In this document: one piece after another, positions 28,210 to 36,277 of the stretch | Numbering within the stretch: the stretch's first letter is position 1 | Layout of the letters: each line of letters opens with the position of its first letter | DNA from: Polyangiaceae bacterium | Lineage (GTDB): Bacteria > Myxococcota_A > Polyangia > Polyangiales > Polyangiaceae | NCBI GenBank assembly: GCA_043732195.1 | Contig: JAYTHX010000316.1 | Coordinates: forward strand, 7,575-71,574 | Length of the DNA: 64,000 nt | Direction of reading: 5' to 3' | Position numbers and translations under genes: made by a program | Notes under the pieces: generated by a model | The model's input: the letters and a program-made list of their open reading frames with translations, nothing else | The model's database searches: none | Told to the model about the DNA's origin: nothing

Positions 28210-28895
28210 CTCGCCCTCACGCAGAGCACGCTGGCGACCGGATCGCCGGCGGTGGAGAGCGTATCCACGACGCCGGTTCCGAAGTCGACGGTCCAGAAGG
28301 CATCGGTGATGATCGACGGCTTCTTCGGGTCGAGGTCGACGAAGTCGCGGACGCGGTACTCCGACGACGTCCACACCCGGACGTTCTTCACACCGGTGAA
28401 GACCGGACCGATGAGGAACTGCTTGCGCGAGAAGTCGAGCAGCGTCACCAGCTCGATGCGCTTCGGCAAGCGCCATGGGCCCGTCTTCGGATCGAGGGTG
28501 TTGCACGCGAGGCGCGCGGCGTCGTAGGGGACGGCGGGGAGCGTCGCCGTGCGCCACACGAGGCCGGTCACGGTGTCCTCGACCCGGTTCGTATCGAGCG
28601 GGTGGTAGTTGATGGGATGCGGCAGGAACTCCGAGCCGCCGTCGTAGTTCGGCATCGGCCAAGCGGCCCACGACACGGGGTTCGCGCCGCGCGCGTCGGG
28701 CACGTCCCCGTCGACCTGCACGTCGGGCAGGCCCGCGTCGGGCGGCGGGCCGGCGTCACCGCACTTCCCGCCGCCGTTGCACTCCGTCTTCTCGAAGTCG
28801 CTGAGCCCGATGATCGCGTTGCACGCGACGACGAGCGGCACCACCGCCACCACCAGCGCGAGGCCCCGGAGCCGCTTGCCGTCAGAACGAGCCAT
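28206..28895 (-). CDS. DUF1566 domain lipoprotein
   Basis: Lipobox VPLVVAC. WRLPKRIELVTLLD...VWTSSEY...FWTVDFGTG...VLCVRAR. Confidence 0.75.
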   Translation of the reverse strand: MARSDGKRLRGLALVVAVVPLVVACNAIIGLSDFEKTECNGGGKCGDAGPPPDAGLPDVQVDGDVPDARGANPVSWAAWPMPNYDGGSEFLPHPINYHPLDTNRVEDTVTGLVWRTATLPAVPYDAARLACNTLDPKTGPWRLPKRIELVTLLDFSRKQFLIGPVFTGVKNVRVWTSSEYRVRDFVDLDPKKPSIITDAFWTVDFGTGVVDTLSTAGDPVASVLCVRAR

Positions 28896-29919
28896 GAACG
28901 CCCACCCCTCCCGGTCCGAAGTCCGGCGTGATCGCCGTGGTCGGCGTCTTCCTCGCGAGCGCGAGTGACCGCGAGGGCGGTGCCTGCGCAGTCGACTTCG
29001 GCGCCGTGAGCGTCGCGTAGAGCCCCACGAGGAGCCCCGCGCCGCCCACGACGAACGTCACCGTCGAGACGTTGCCCCACACCTTCGCGCTATCGAGCTT
29101 GTCATGCTGGTCGGTCCCGCACTGGTTGTTGGTGCACGCCTTGTCGAGATCGGACTTCCCGGAGAGCGCGACGAGCCCCGCCACCGAGCCGATGCCGAGC
29201 CCGATACCGCCCACGATGAACCCCGCGGTGGCGAGGCCGTTCGACTTTTGTGGCGGCGGTGGCCTCGTCTGCCCCGGGGGCAAGGCCGCGACCGGCTCCG
29301 CCTCCACGGGCGGCGCCTGGACCGGCAGCGTGATGTCCTTGGTCTCGCCCGGCGCGAGGTCGAACGACGAGCGCGACTCCGCGCCCTTGCCGATCTTCGC
29401 CATGAGATCGTGACGTCCCGGGTTGACCGCGCGCGCCTGGCCGACGGCCGCCGGCGGCACGACCGCGCCGTCGACGGTGACCGTCGCCTCGCGGCCCTCG
29501 GGCACGCCCGTGATGCGGACGCGGACCGTCGCCATCTTCGACTTCTGCTCCTCGGCGATGCGCTCCGCATCGCTCCGCGCGTCCTGCGAGCGTGAGGTCT
29601 CTCCGGCGAGCGGCGGGATGCGACCGACGCCCAGGCACACCTCGCGCGCCTCGACCGGCTGCACCAGCGCCGCGTGCGTCTTGCACAGCTCGACGCCGGT
29701 GATCGGCGTGTTGCCGAGCGCGTGCGCGGCCTTCAACTTCTCGAGCGCGCCCTTCAGATCGCCCATGTCGCGGAGCTGCACGCCTTGGTTGTACAGCTGC
29801 CGCGCCGACTCGATGTCGGTCGCCGAGCGCTGGGCGTGGGCGGGTGATCCGGCGATCAGGGCGGCTGTGAACGTGAAGCCGAAGAGCAGTCCGGAGCGTC
29901 TAGTAAATGTCATGTCCAC
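28882..29919 (-). CDS. secreted TPR-like/PEGA-like protein with two C-terminal TM segments (paralog of 38031..39029)
   Basis: Signal peptide, helical TPR-like N-terminus and a PEGA-like beta module (VTVDGAVVP...VNPGRHDLMAKIG). A Pro-rich linker is followed by GFIVGGIGLGIGSVAGLVAL and C..N.CG...D motifs, with the C-terminus ..GVHGSF. It overlaps both flanking genes. Confidence 0.7.
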   Translation of the reverse strand: MDMTFTRRSGLLFGFTFTAALIAGSPAHAQRSATDIESARQLYNQGVQLRDMGDLKGALEKLKAAHALGNTPITGVELCKTHAALVQPVEAREVCLGVGRIPPLAGETSRSQDARSDAERIAEEQKSKMATVRVRITGVPEGREATVTVDGAVVPPAAVGQARAVNPGRHDLMAKIGKGAESRSSFDLAPGETKDITLPVQAPPVEAEPVAALPPGQTRPPPPQKSNGLATAGFIVGGIGLGIGSVAGLVALSGKSDLDKACTNNQCGTDQHDKLDSAKVWGNVSTVTFVVGGAGLLVGLYATLTAPKSTAQAPPSRSLALARKTPTTAITPDFGPGGVGVHGSF

Positions 29920-31306
29920 TCGCGGCCGGTTTCGCCGTGACGACCGGGGCGGTCGTCGCTGGCAAGGAGGGCGCGGCCGAGGGTACAGCAGCCGGACGCG
30001 CCGAAGCAGGAGGACGGATGCGATTGCCGTGCCCGGCTCCCGGACGCGCGGTCGACGGCGCGCTCGTCGCGGCCACCGGACCGCTGTCGAACGGCGGCGG
30101 CATCACGGGCGCCGCCGCCGAGGCGGTGAGGATCACGGTCGGCGTGGTCGCGGTCGGCGTGGCGCGCGGATCCACGGCCGCCTCCGGCGCCGCGAGCGCC
30201 GTGGCCGCGCTCTTGTTGAAGAGCTTGCTGAAGCCCACGTACGCGAGCGGCGGCACGACGACGAAGATCCCGACCAGCACCAGCAGCCGCCCGCGCGAGC
30301 GGCTCTGCGTCGCCCCGCGCACCACGCCGGCATCGGTGGCGGCGCCGGCGGCGAGCGTCGGCGCGTGCCCGCTCGCCGCGCGGTTTCCTCCCGTGCTGAT
30401 GCGCGGCCCGGCATCGAGCGAGCGGGGCATCTGTCCGCCGAGCGCGCGCGCGAGCTCCTCGGCGAGCTCCTTCGCCGAGCCGAAGCGCTGCGTGACGTCA
30501 CGCGCGCAGGCCCGCGCAAACCACGCATCGACCGCGGGACCGAGCTCGGGAAGCACCTCCGAGGGCGCGGGCAGCGGCTCGCTGTGGATCTTGATGGCGA
30601 GCCCGCCCATCGTCTCCGCGTCGAACGGCTTCTTGCCCGTGAGCATCTCGAACGCGACGACGCCGACGCTCCACAGGTCACTGCGGTGATCGATGTTCTT
30701 GGCGCCGAGGATCTGCTCGGGGCTCATGTAGAACGGCGAGCCGATCATCGAGCCGGTCTTCGTGCCGCTGTCGACGCCGTCCGCGTTGAGCACGTCGACG
30801 CCCTTCGCGATGCCGAAGTCGAGGAGCTTCACGAACACCTCGCCGCTGCGTCCGGCATCGCACAGGTAGATGTTCCCGGGCTTGATGTCGCGATGGATGA
30901 TGCCCTTCTCGTGGGCACGATCGAGCGCGCGCGCGAGCTGACCCACCACCTCGACGACGAGCTCCGGCGCCATGCGCCCCTCGTGATCGAGGTACTCCCC
31001 GAGATCACGACCGTCGAGCAGCTCCATCACGATGTAAGGGATGCCCTCGTCGGTGATGCCGTGATCGAACGTCTGCACGACGTGCGGGCTCTTCACCTGC
31101 GACGCGGCGGCGGCCTCGCGCGAGAAGCGCTCCTGCGCTTCTTTGTTCGTCTTGAGGCCGCTCGCGATGAACTTCACGACGACCTGCGTGCGCAGCGCGA
31201 GGTGGTCCGCGACCCAGACCGCGCCCATGCCGCCCTGGCCGAGCGGGCGAACCAGCTTGACGCTGGGCGTCACCATCATCCCCTCGAACGCCTCGGACAC
31301 GGACAA
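29900..31306 (-). CDS. membrane-anchored Ser/Thr protein kinase (STK-2)
   Basis: GQGGMGAVWVADH, VVKFI, HRDIKPGNI, DFGIAK, FYMSPEQ. One TM helix (LLVLVGIFVVVPPLAYVGF). Confidence 0.9.
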   Translation of the reverse strand: MSVSEAFEGMMVTPSVKLVRPLGQGGMGAVWVADHLALRTQVVVKFIASGLKTNKEAQERFSREAAAASQVKSPHVVQTFDHGITDEGIPYIVMELLDGRDLGEYLDHEGRMAPELVVEVVGQLARALDRAHEKGIIHRDIKPGNIYLCDAGRSGEVFVKLLDFGIAKGVDVLNADGVDSGTKTGSMIGSPFYMSPEQILGAKNIDHRSDLWSVGVVAFEMLTGKKPFDAETMGGLAIKIHSEPLPAPSEVLPELGPAVDAWFARACARDVTQRFGSAKELAEELARALGGQMPRSLDAGPRISTGGNRAASGHAPTLAAGAATDAGVVRGATQSRSRGRLLVLVGIFVVVPPLAYVGFSKLFNKSAATALAAPEAAVDPRATPTATTPTVILTASAAAPVMPPPFDSGPVAATSAPSTARPGAGHGNRIRPPASARPAAVPSAAPSLPATTAPVVTAKPAASGHDIY

Positions 31307-31501
31307 AGGATGCGTGAGCCACCGATCTTCCGCAACTACTTTGGCCCTGGAAATGCGGGCCGCGCTCCTCCGTGCTCGCGCGCGGGCGCCACCATGACTG
31401 CCGCGTCATGGCTCTGGCACACGCTGGCAGACGATCCTGCGACAAAGCCCGTGGCCGCCGCCGGAGCGTCGCTGGCGCGCTCGATGCTACGGTCTCCGGA
31501 C

Positions 31502-32695
31502 ATGAAGTCGATGCTCAGGGCCGCCTACGGCACCACGGTGCTCGCGCTCGTCGGTTTCGGCGTCGCTTGCGGCATGTCGAGCGCCGATTCGGCGCTCGGC
31601 CGCAGCGCGAACGACCCGGGAGCGGGCTCCTCGCGCCCCGACGGCGGCGGCTTCGCGCCGAGCGCCACCGACCCGAACGCGGGCGCGGTGCCCGTCGACA
31701 ACGCGGTCATCCTCGTGCACGCCGCCAAGTCCCAGGCCTTCCGCCTCTGCTTCCGCAACGAGCTCGATCGCCGCCCGCAGCCCGACTCGGACGTGATGCC
31801 CGAGGCCAACGTCGTGGGCGTCGAGGTCGGGCGCACCATTCGCCTCGGCCCGCTCCGCGGCGCACCGGGCGAGGTCTTCCTCTTCGACGAGCCGCTCATC
31901 CGCGCCGTCTACCCGCAGTTCGGCGGCGCCGGCCAGGGCCCGACCTGCGAGTCGCTGCTCTCGGCCTCCAACCCGCTCAGCAAGATCGCCGTCAGCCTCG
32001 GATCCATCGACAAGAATCTCAAGACCGGCGTGCACCTCCTCGTGGTCCGCGGCTGCCCCGGCAACGGACCGCTGCGCACGTACAGCACCGCGGAGTGCGG
32101 CGAGAAGTGGACGCCCGCGAGCGGCAACCTCGGCGTGACCGAGATCGAGCTGCGCGGCGCAAAGCCGCCCACGCCCGGCACGCTCGCGGCGCAGGTCGTC
32201 AACCTCTCGCAGCCGCTCGACAGCGCGAAGGGCGAGCGCGACGTCGTGGTGAGCTTCGGCGCCCTCGCGACCGCGAACGCGCAGCTCACCAACGTCGCGT
32301 CGAACCCGAAGCTCTTCGAGACCGCGACGCTCCCGTCGCCGACGGAGCTCCGCTACGCGTCCGACGATCCCGCGATCTACGGCTCGACGGGCTTCCGCAT
32401 CTCTCTCGTCGACAAGACCGTGGGCGGCGCGCCGCCCACGGTGGTGCTGAACCAGACCCTCGAGCAGGTCCAGTCGATCTCGGCGCCGCGCGAGCTGCCA
32501 TCGACGTACTTCGCGGTCGCGTCGAACTACGCGCTGCTGCTCCTCGGCGACCCTGCGCCCAAGCTGCTCGACGGCGGGCCCGACACCGACGATCGGCGCG
32601 GCCTCCACTTCCTCGCCATCCCCGTCATCGAGCCGAAGGCCGACGGCGGCGTCGATGCCGGCCCCCCCCCGCCGGCGGACGGCGGCGGCGGGTGA
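31502..32695 (+). CDS. hypothetical lipoprotein, paralog 1 of a tandem pair
   Basis: Only the last ~400 aa of the 1090-aa track ORF has coding-like composition. MKSMLRAAYGTTVLALVGFGVAC has a lipobox. An alternative start is ATG 31394. There are conserved Cys pairs. Confidence 0.65.
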   Translation: MKSMLRAAYGTTVLALVGFGVACGMSSADSALGRSANDPGAGSSRPDGGGFAPSATDPNAGAVPVDNAVILVHAAKSQAFRLCFRNELDRRPQPDSDVMPEANVVGVEVGRTIRLGPLRGAPGEVFLFDEPLIRAVYPQFGGAGQGPTCESLLSASNPLSKIAVSLGSIDKNLKTGVHLLVVRGCPGNGPLRTYSTAECGEKWTPASGNLGVTEIELRGAKPPTPGTLAAQVVNLSQPLDSAKGERDVVVSFGALATANAQLTNVASNPKLFETATLPSPTELRYASDDPAIYGSTGFRISLVDKTVGGAPPTVVLNQTLEQVQSISAPRELPSTYFAVASNYALLLLGDPAPKLLDGGPDTDDRRGLHFLAIPVIEPKADGGVDAGPPPPADGGGG

Positions 32696-32726
32696 ACGGA
32701 TCCTTCAGGGCTGCTACGGTCTGAGC

Positions 32727-33858
32727 GTGCAGCGCGTCGCGTTCTACCTCTCGCTCAGCGCCCTCGTGGGCGGCGCCGTGGTCGCGACCGCGTCGTGCTC
32801 GAGCGCCTCGGGCGCGTCGTTCAACGGCGAGAGCGGCTTCGACTCCGGCTCCGACGCCGACCTCTCGCCGAGCCCGTTCCAGGACGCCGGCGCCGTGCCG
32901 TCGCAGCTCGAGTCGAACGGCATCGTGCTGATCCACGCCGCGTCGTTCCCCGCGTTCCGCATCTGCTTCGGCGGCGCGCTCGACGCGCGGCCCCTGCCCG
33001 ACGTCGACCTCATGCCCGATTCCAACGTCGTCGGCATCGACGTGGGTACCGCGCTCCGCCTGCCGCCGCACAGCGGGCAGCTCGGGCGCGCCTTCGTGTT
33101 CCCCGAGCTCGCGATCCGCTCGCTCTATCCTGCGTTCGGCGGCGCGGGCGTCGGCCCCACGTGCGAGCAGCTGCTCGTCTCGAACAAGAGCGACGTCACC
33201 GAGGTCGGCTCCGTGACCGACGACCTCGGCTCCGGCGTGCACGCGCTCGTGCTGCGCGGCTGCCGCAACGTCACGCGCGATCCCCAGGCCTCGATCGATC
33301 GGTGCGGCGACGACTGGAAGCCGGAGTCGGGCAACCTGCAGCTCCAGGTGCTGCCGCTCGTCGCTTACCAGCGCCCCGCCTCGGTGCCGGGGCTGCCGGT
33401 CCAGATCGTCCAGCTCTCCCCTGCCCTCGCGAAGCTGGGCGGCGGACGCTCGCTCGGGATCTCGTTCGGTGAGCTCGAGCGCGAAGGCGGGGCCCGTGCC
33501 GAACCCGCCGGCGGTCATCGACTACAACCCCAGCAACCTCGCGGAGTACGCGACGAGCGGCGTGTTCGTCACCGTGGGCGGCCTGCTCGACGGCGGCTCG
33601 CCCGACGCCGGCCGGCAGACGGTGCTCGCGCAGTCGCTCCAGGAGATCCAGCAGCGCAGCGCCTCGCGCTCGCTCCCGTCGGACTGGTTCGCAGTCGCGT
33701 CGAGCTACGTCGTCCTGAGCGTCGGCGATCCCAAGCCGGTCCTCGCGGACGGCGGACCCGACGACGACCCGCGCCGCGCGCTGCACCTGCTCGCGATCCC
33801 GCTCGCGGCGGTCGATGCCGGCGCGTCCGTCGGTGACGCAGGAACGCCCGGTCGCTGA
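32727..33858 (+). pseudogene. hypothetical lipoprotein, paralog 2, interrupted by a 1-nt frame disruption near 33470-33490
   Basis: The N-terminal 250 aa are in frame 0 (GTG 32727, lipobox VVATASC) and the C-terminal 125 aa in frame 1 (to TGA 33858). Both halves are collinear with paralog 1 (e.g. SLPSDWFAVASSYVVLSVGDPKPVLADGGPDDDPRRALHLLAIP vs ELPSTYFAVASNYALLLLGDPAPKLLDGGPDTDDRRGLHFLAIP). GC3 switches frame at the junction. Confidence 0.65.
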
Positions 33859-33868
33859 CGCCGCGCGA

Positions 33869-35149
33869 CTACCCGCGCTCGATGGCGCGGTGGCCGATGT
33901 CACGGCGGTGGTGCTCGCCCCGCCAGTGGATGGCATCGACCGCGCGGTACGCCGCCGCGCGCGCCTCGGCAAACGAGCCCGCGTGGGCCCCGACGGTGAG
34001 CACGCGGCCGCCCGCGGTGACGGTCGCGCCGTCCGCGCCGAGCGTGGTGCCCGCGTGGAAGACGAACGTGCCCTCGGGCACCGGCGCGTCGAGGCCCTCG
34101 ATGCGATCCCCCGCGGTGGGCTTCGCGGGATAGTGCTCCGCAGCCATGACCACCGCGAGCGCGGCGCCGCGCTTCGTGCCCGCTTGCACGCCCTCCAGCG
34201 AGCCGCGCGCCGAGCCCTCGAGGAGCGCGAGCCAGTCGCCGTCGAGCATGGGGACGAGCACGGTGGTCTCGGGATCGCCGAAGCGCACGTTGAACTCGAG
34301 GACCCGCGGCACGCCGTCCTCGATCATCAGCCCGACGAAGAGCACCCCGCGGAACGGGTGGCCCTCCGCGGCCATGCCGCGCAGCGTCGGCCCGACCACC
34401 GCGCGCATCACCTCGTCGTGCACGGCCGCGGTCACGACGGGCGCCGGCGCGTAGGCGCCCATGCCGCCGGTGTTCGGACCGCGGTCCCCGTCGAACACGC
34501 GCTTGTGATCCTGCGCGGGGACGAGCGCGATCCCGCGCGTGCCGTCGCACACGACGTGGAAGCTCGCCTCCTCGCCAGCGAGGAGCTCCTCGATCACCAG
34601 GACGGCCCCCGCGTCGCCGAAGACCCGCGCCACCATCATGTCGTCGATGGCGCGCAGCGCCTCGTCGACGTCGGCCGCGACCACCACGCCCTTGCCCGCG
34701 CAGAGCCCGTCGGCCTTGACCACCAGCGGGCGCCCCGCCGCGCGGACGTGCGCCTTCGCCTGCTCCGCGTCGTCGAAGACCGCGAAGGCCGCGGTGGGAA
34801 TGGCGTGACGCCCGAGGAACTCCTTCATGAACGCCTTCGAGCCCTCGAGGCGAGCCGCCGCGCGCGAAGGGCCGAACGCTGCGATCCCCTGCTCTTCGAG
34901 GGCATCGACGAGGCCGAGCGTGAGCGGCGCCTCCGGCCCGATGACCACGAGATCGACGTGCTCGCGCTTTGCCAGAGCTACGAGCGCGGGCACGTCGGTG
35001 GCGGAGACCGCGACGTTGCGACCCACGCGCGCCGTCCCGCCGTTGCCGGGCGCGATCACGAGCTCGTGATCGCGCAGCGCGGTGGCGAGCGCATGCTCGC
35101 GCGCGCCGGCCCCGACGATGAGCACGCGGCGCGGCGGAGAGCTCAACAT
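33869..35149 (-). CDS. purD: phosphoribosylamine-glycine ligase
   Basis: RVLIVGAGAREHALA, ATP-grasp motifs, and good similarity along the whole length. The start is preferred at ATG 35149 (MLSSPPRRVLIVG). Confidence 0.95.
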   Translation of the reverse strand: MLSSPPRRVLIVGAGAREHALATALRDHELVIAPGNGGTARVGRNVAVSATDVPALVALAKREHVDLVVIGPEAPLTLGLVDALEEQGIAAFGPSRAAARLEGSKAFMKEFLGRHAIPTAAFAVFDDAEQAKAHVRAAGRPLVVKADGLCAGKGVVVAADVDEALRAIDDMMVARVFGDAGAVLVIEELLAGEEASFHVVCDGTRGIALVPAQDHKRVFDGDRGPNTGGMGAYAPAPVVTAAVHDEVMRAVVGPTLRGMAAEGHPFRGVLFVGLMIEDGVPRVLEFNVRFGDPETTVLVPMLDGDWLALLEGSARGSLEGVQAGTKRGAALAVVMAAEHYPAKPTAGDRIEGLDAPVPEGTFVFHAGTTLGADGATVTAGGRVLTVGAHAGSFAEARAAAYRAVDAIHWRGEHHRRDIGHRAIERG

Positions 35150-35198
35150 CGGCGTCACAGCTACCAGCGCTGCTCGCAAAGGGCCATCGGTTCGTCCC

Positions 35199-35252
35199 GC
35201 GTCTCGTCTCTCGCTCTCGGCGGACTGTCAGGTGTCAGCTGTTGGCTGTAAG
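35199..35252. repeat. heptamer-array element, copy B (single arm)
   Basis: cgtctcgtctctcgctctcggcgga followed by ctgtcag-gtgtcag-ctgttgg-ctgtaag. It shares tcagctgttggctgtMagct with copy C in reverse complement. Confidence 0.75.
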
Positions 35253-35261
35253 CTTCTTTCC

Positions 35262-36146
35262 TTGGCCGAGAACTCACGACCGCCCGTCGCCATCCGCATC
35301 GTGCGCCCGTTCGAGACGGAGGACGCGCTGCTCGAGCACGAGCTCGAGACGATCGGCAAGACGAGCGTCGTGCTCATCGGCGCGCATCCGCGGCCGACCG
35401 GCGTCATCCTGCGCTTCGAGGTGACGCTCGCGACCGGCGCGACGGTCCTGCGCGGCGAGGGCCGTGTGCTCGCGCACAAGGAGAACGCGTTCCGCGGGCA
35501 GTCGGGGCTCACGCTGCGCTTCACGCGGCTCGATCCAAAGTCGAAGGCCATCGTCGATCGCGCGACGACGATGCGCGAGGCTCGCTCGACCGACGGCGGC
35601 ACGCCGTCGCGGCCGGCGCCGCGCCCCGAGTCGCCGATCGCCGACGCGCTGAGCCAGGCGACGCCCGCGCCCGCGGCGGCCGTCGCGAATGTCTCCGGCG
35701 CGTCGACGATGACCATCGCCGAGCAAGAAGCGCAGGTCACGCGCGAGCGCGCGGCCGCCCGCGAGAAGGCGAACGCTGCGGCGCGCGAGAACGCGAAGCG
35801 CACGGGCCGCGGGCTCACGCCGCCGCCGCCCGCGCCGGAGAATCACGCGCGCGCGCCGCGTGCAGAGCCGCCACGCCAGGCCGTCGATCTGCGCGCGACC
35901 GCGACGAACGAGCTCGACCTGCCGGACGAGTCGCGCCCCGACGAGCCTGCGACGGCAGTCCCCGGCGAGGTGGTCGAGACAGTTACCAGGGCACGCCCCG
36001 CGCCCGCGCCCGCATCGCAGGAATCGACCGCGCGCACCGCCGAAGGGCCGCCGAACCGCGACGATCTCCTCGCGCGCCTTCGGGATCGCGCCGGCAAGCT
36101 GCCGCGCGAGCGGGTCGACGAGATCCTCACCCCGCGCGCTCGCTAG
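35262..36146 (+). CDS. PilZ-like domain protein with a disordered Ala/Pro/Arg-rich tail
   Basis: IRIVRPFETEDALLEHELETIGKTSVVLIGAHPRPTGVILRFEVTLATGATVLRGEGRVLAHKE...GLTLRFTRLD has a PilZ-type beta-barrel pattern. The start is uncertain (TTG 35262 or GTG 35232 inside the repeat). Confidence 0.55.
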   Translation: MAENSRPPVAIRIVRPFETEDALLEHELETIGKTSVVLIGAHPRPTGVILRFEVTLATGATVLRGEGRVLAHKENAFRGQSGLTLRFTRLDPKSKAIVDRATTMREARSTDGGTPSRPAPRPESPIADALSQATPAPAAAVANVSGASTMTIAEQEAQVTRERAAAREKANAAARENAKRTGRGLTPPPPAPENHARAPRAEPPRQAVDLRATATNELDLPDESRPDEPATAVPGEVVETVTRARPAPAPASQESTARTAEGPPNRDDLLARLRDRAGKLPRERVDEILTPRAR

Positions 36147-36277
36147 CGCGCCGAGCAAGGGGCGCCGAAGGCCGGAGCTCAGCTCGCCCACACCGGCTTC
36201 TTGCTGCCCACATACCCGCCGCGGCGCGCCGTTCTTCTGCGCGCGGCCCGGAGTCGCCAGGATACTCTTCGGCAGGG

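Noticed and set aside
29423-31400. N-terminal 650 aa of the 1090-aa + strand ORF.
   Set aside because: It is antisense to STK-2 and the PEGA-like gene, and it is Arg-rich. The coding signal and lipoprotein signal peptide begin only at about 31502.
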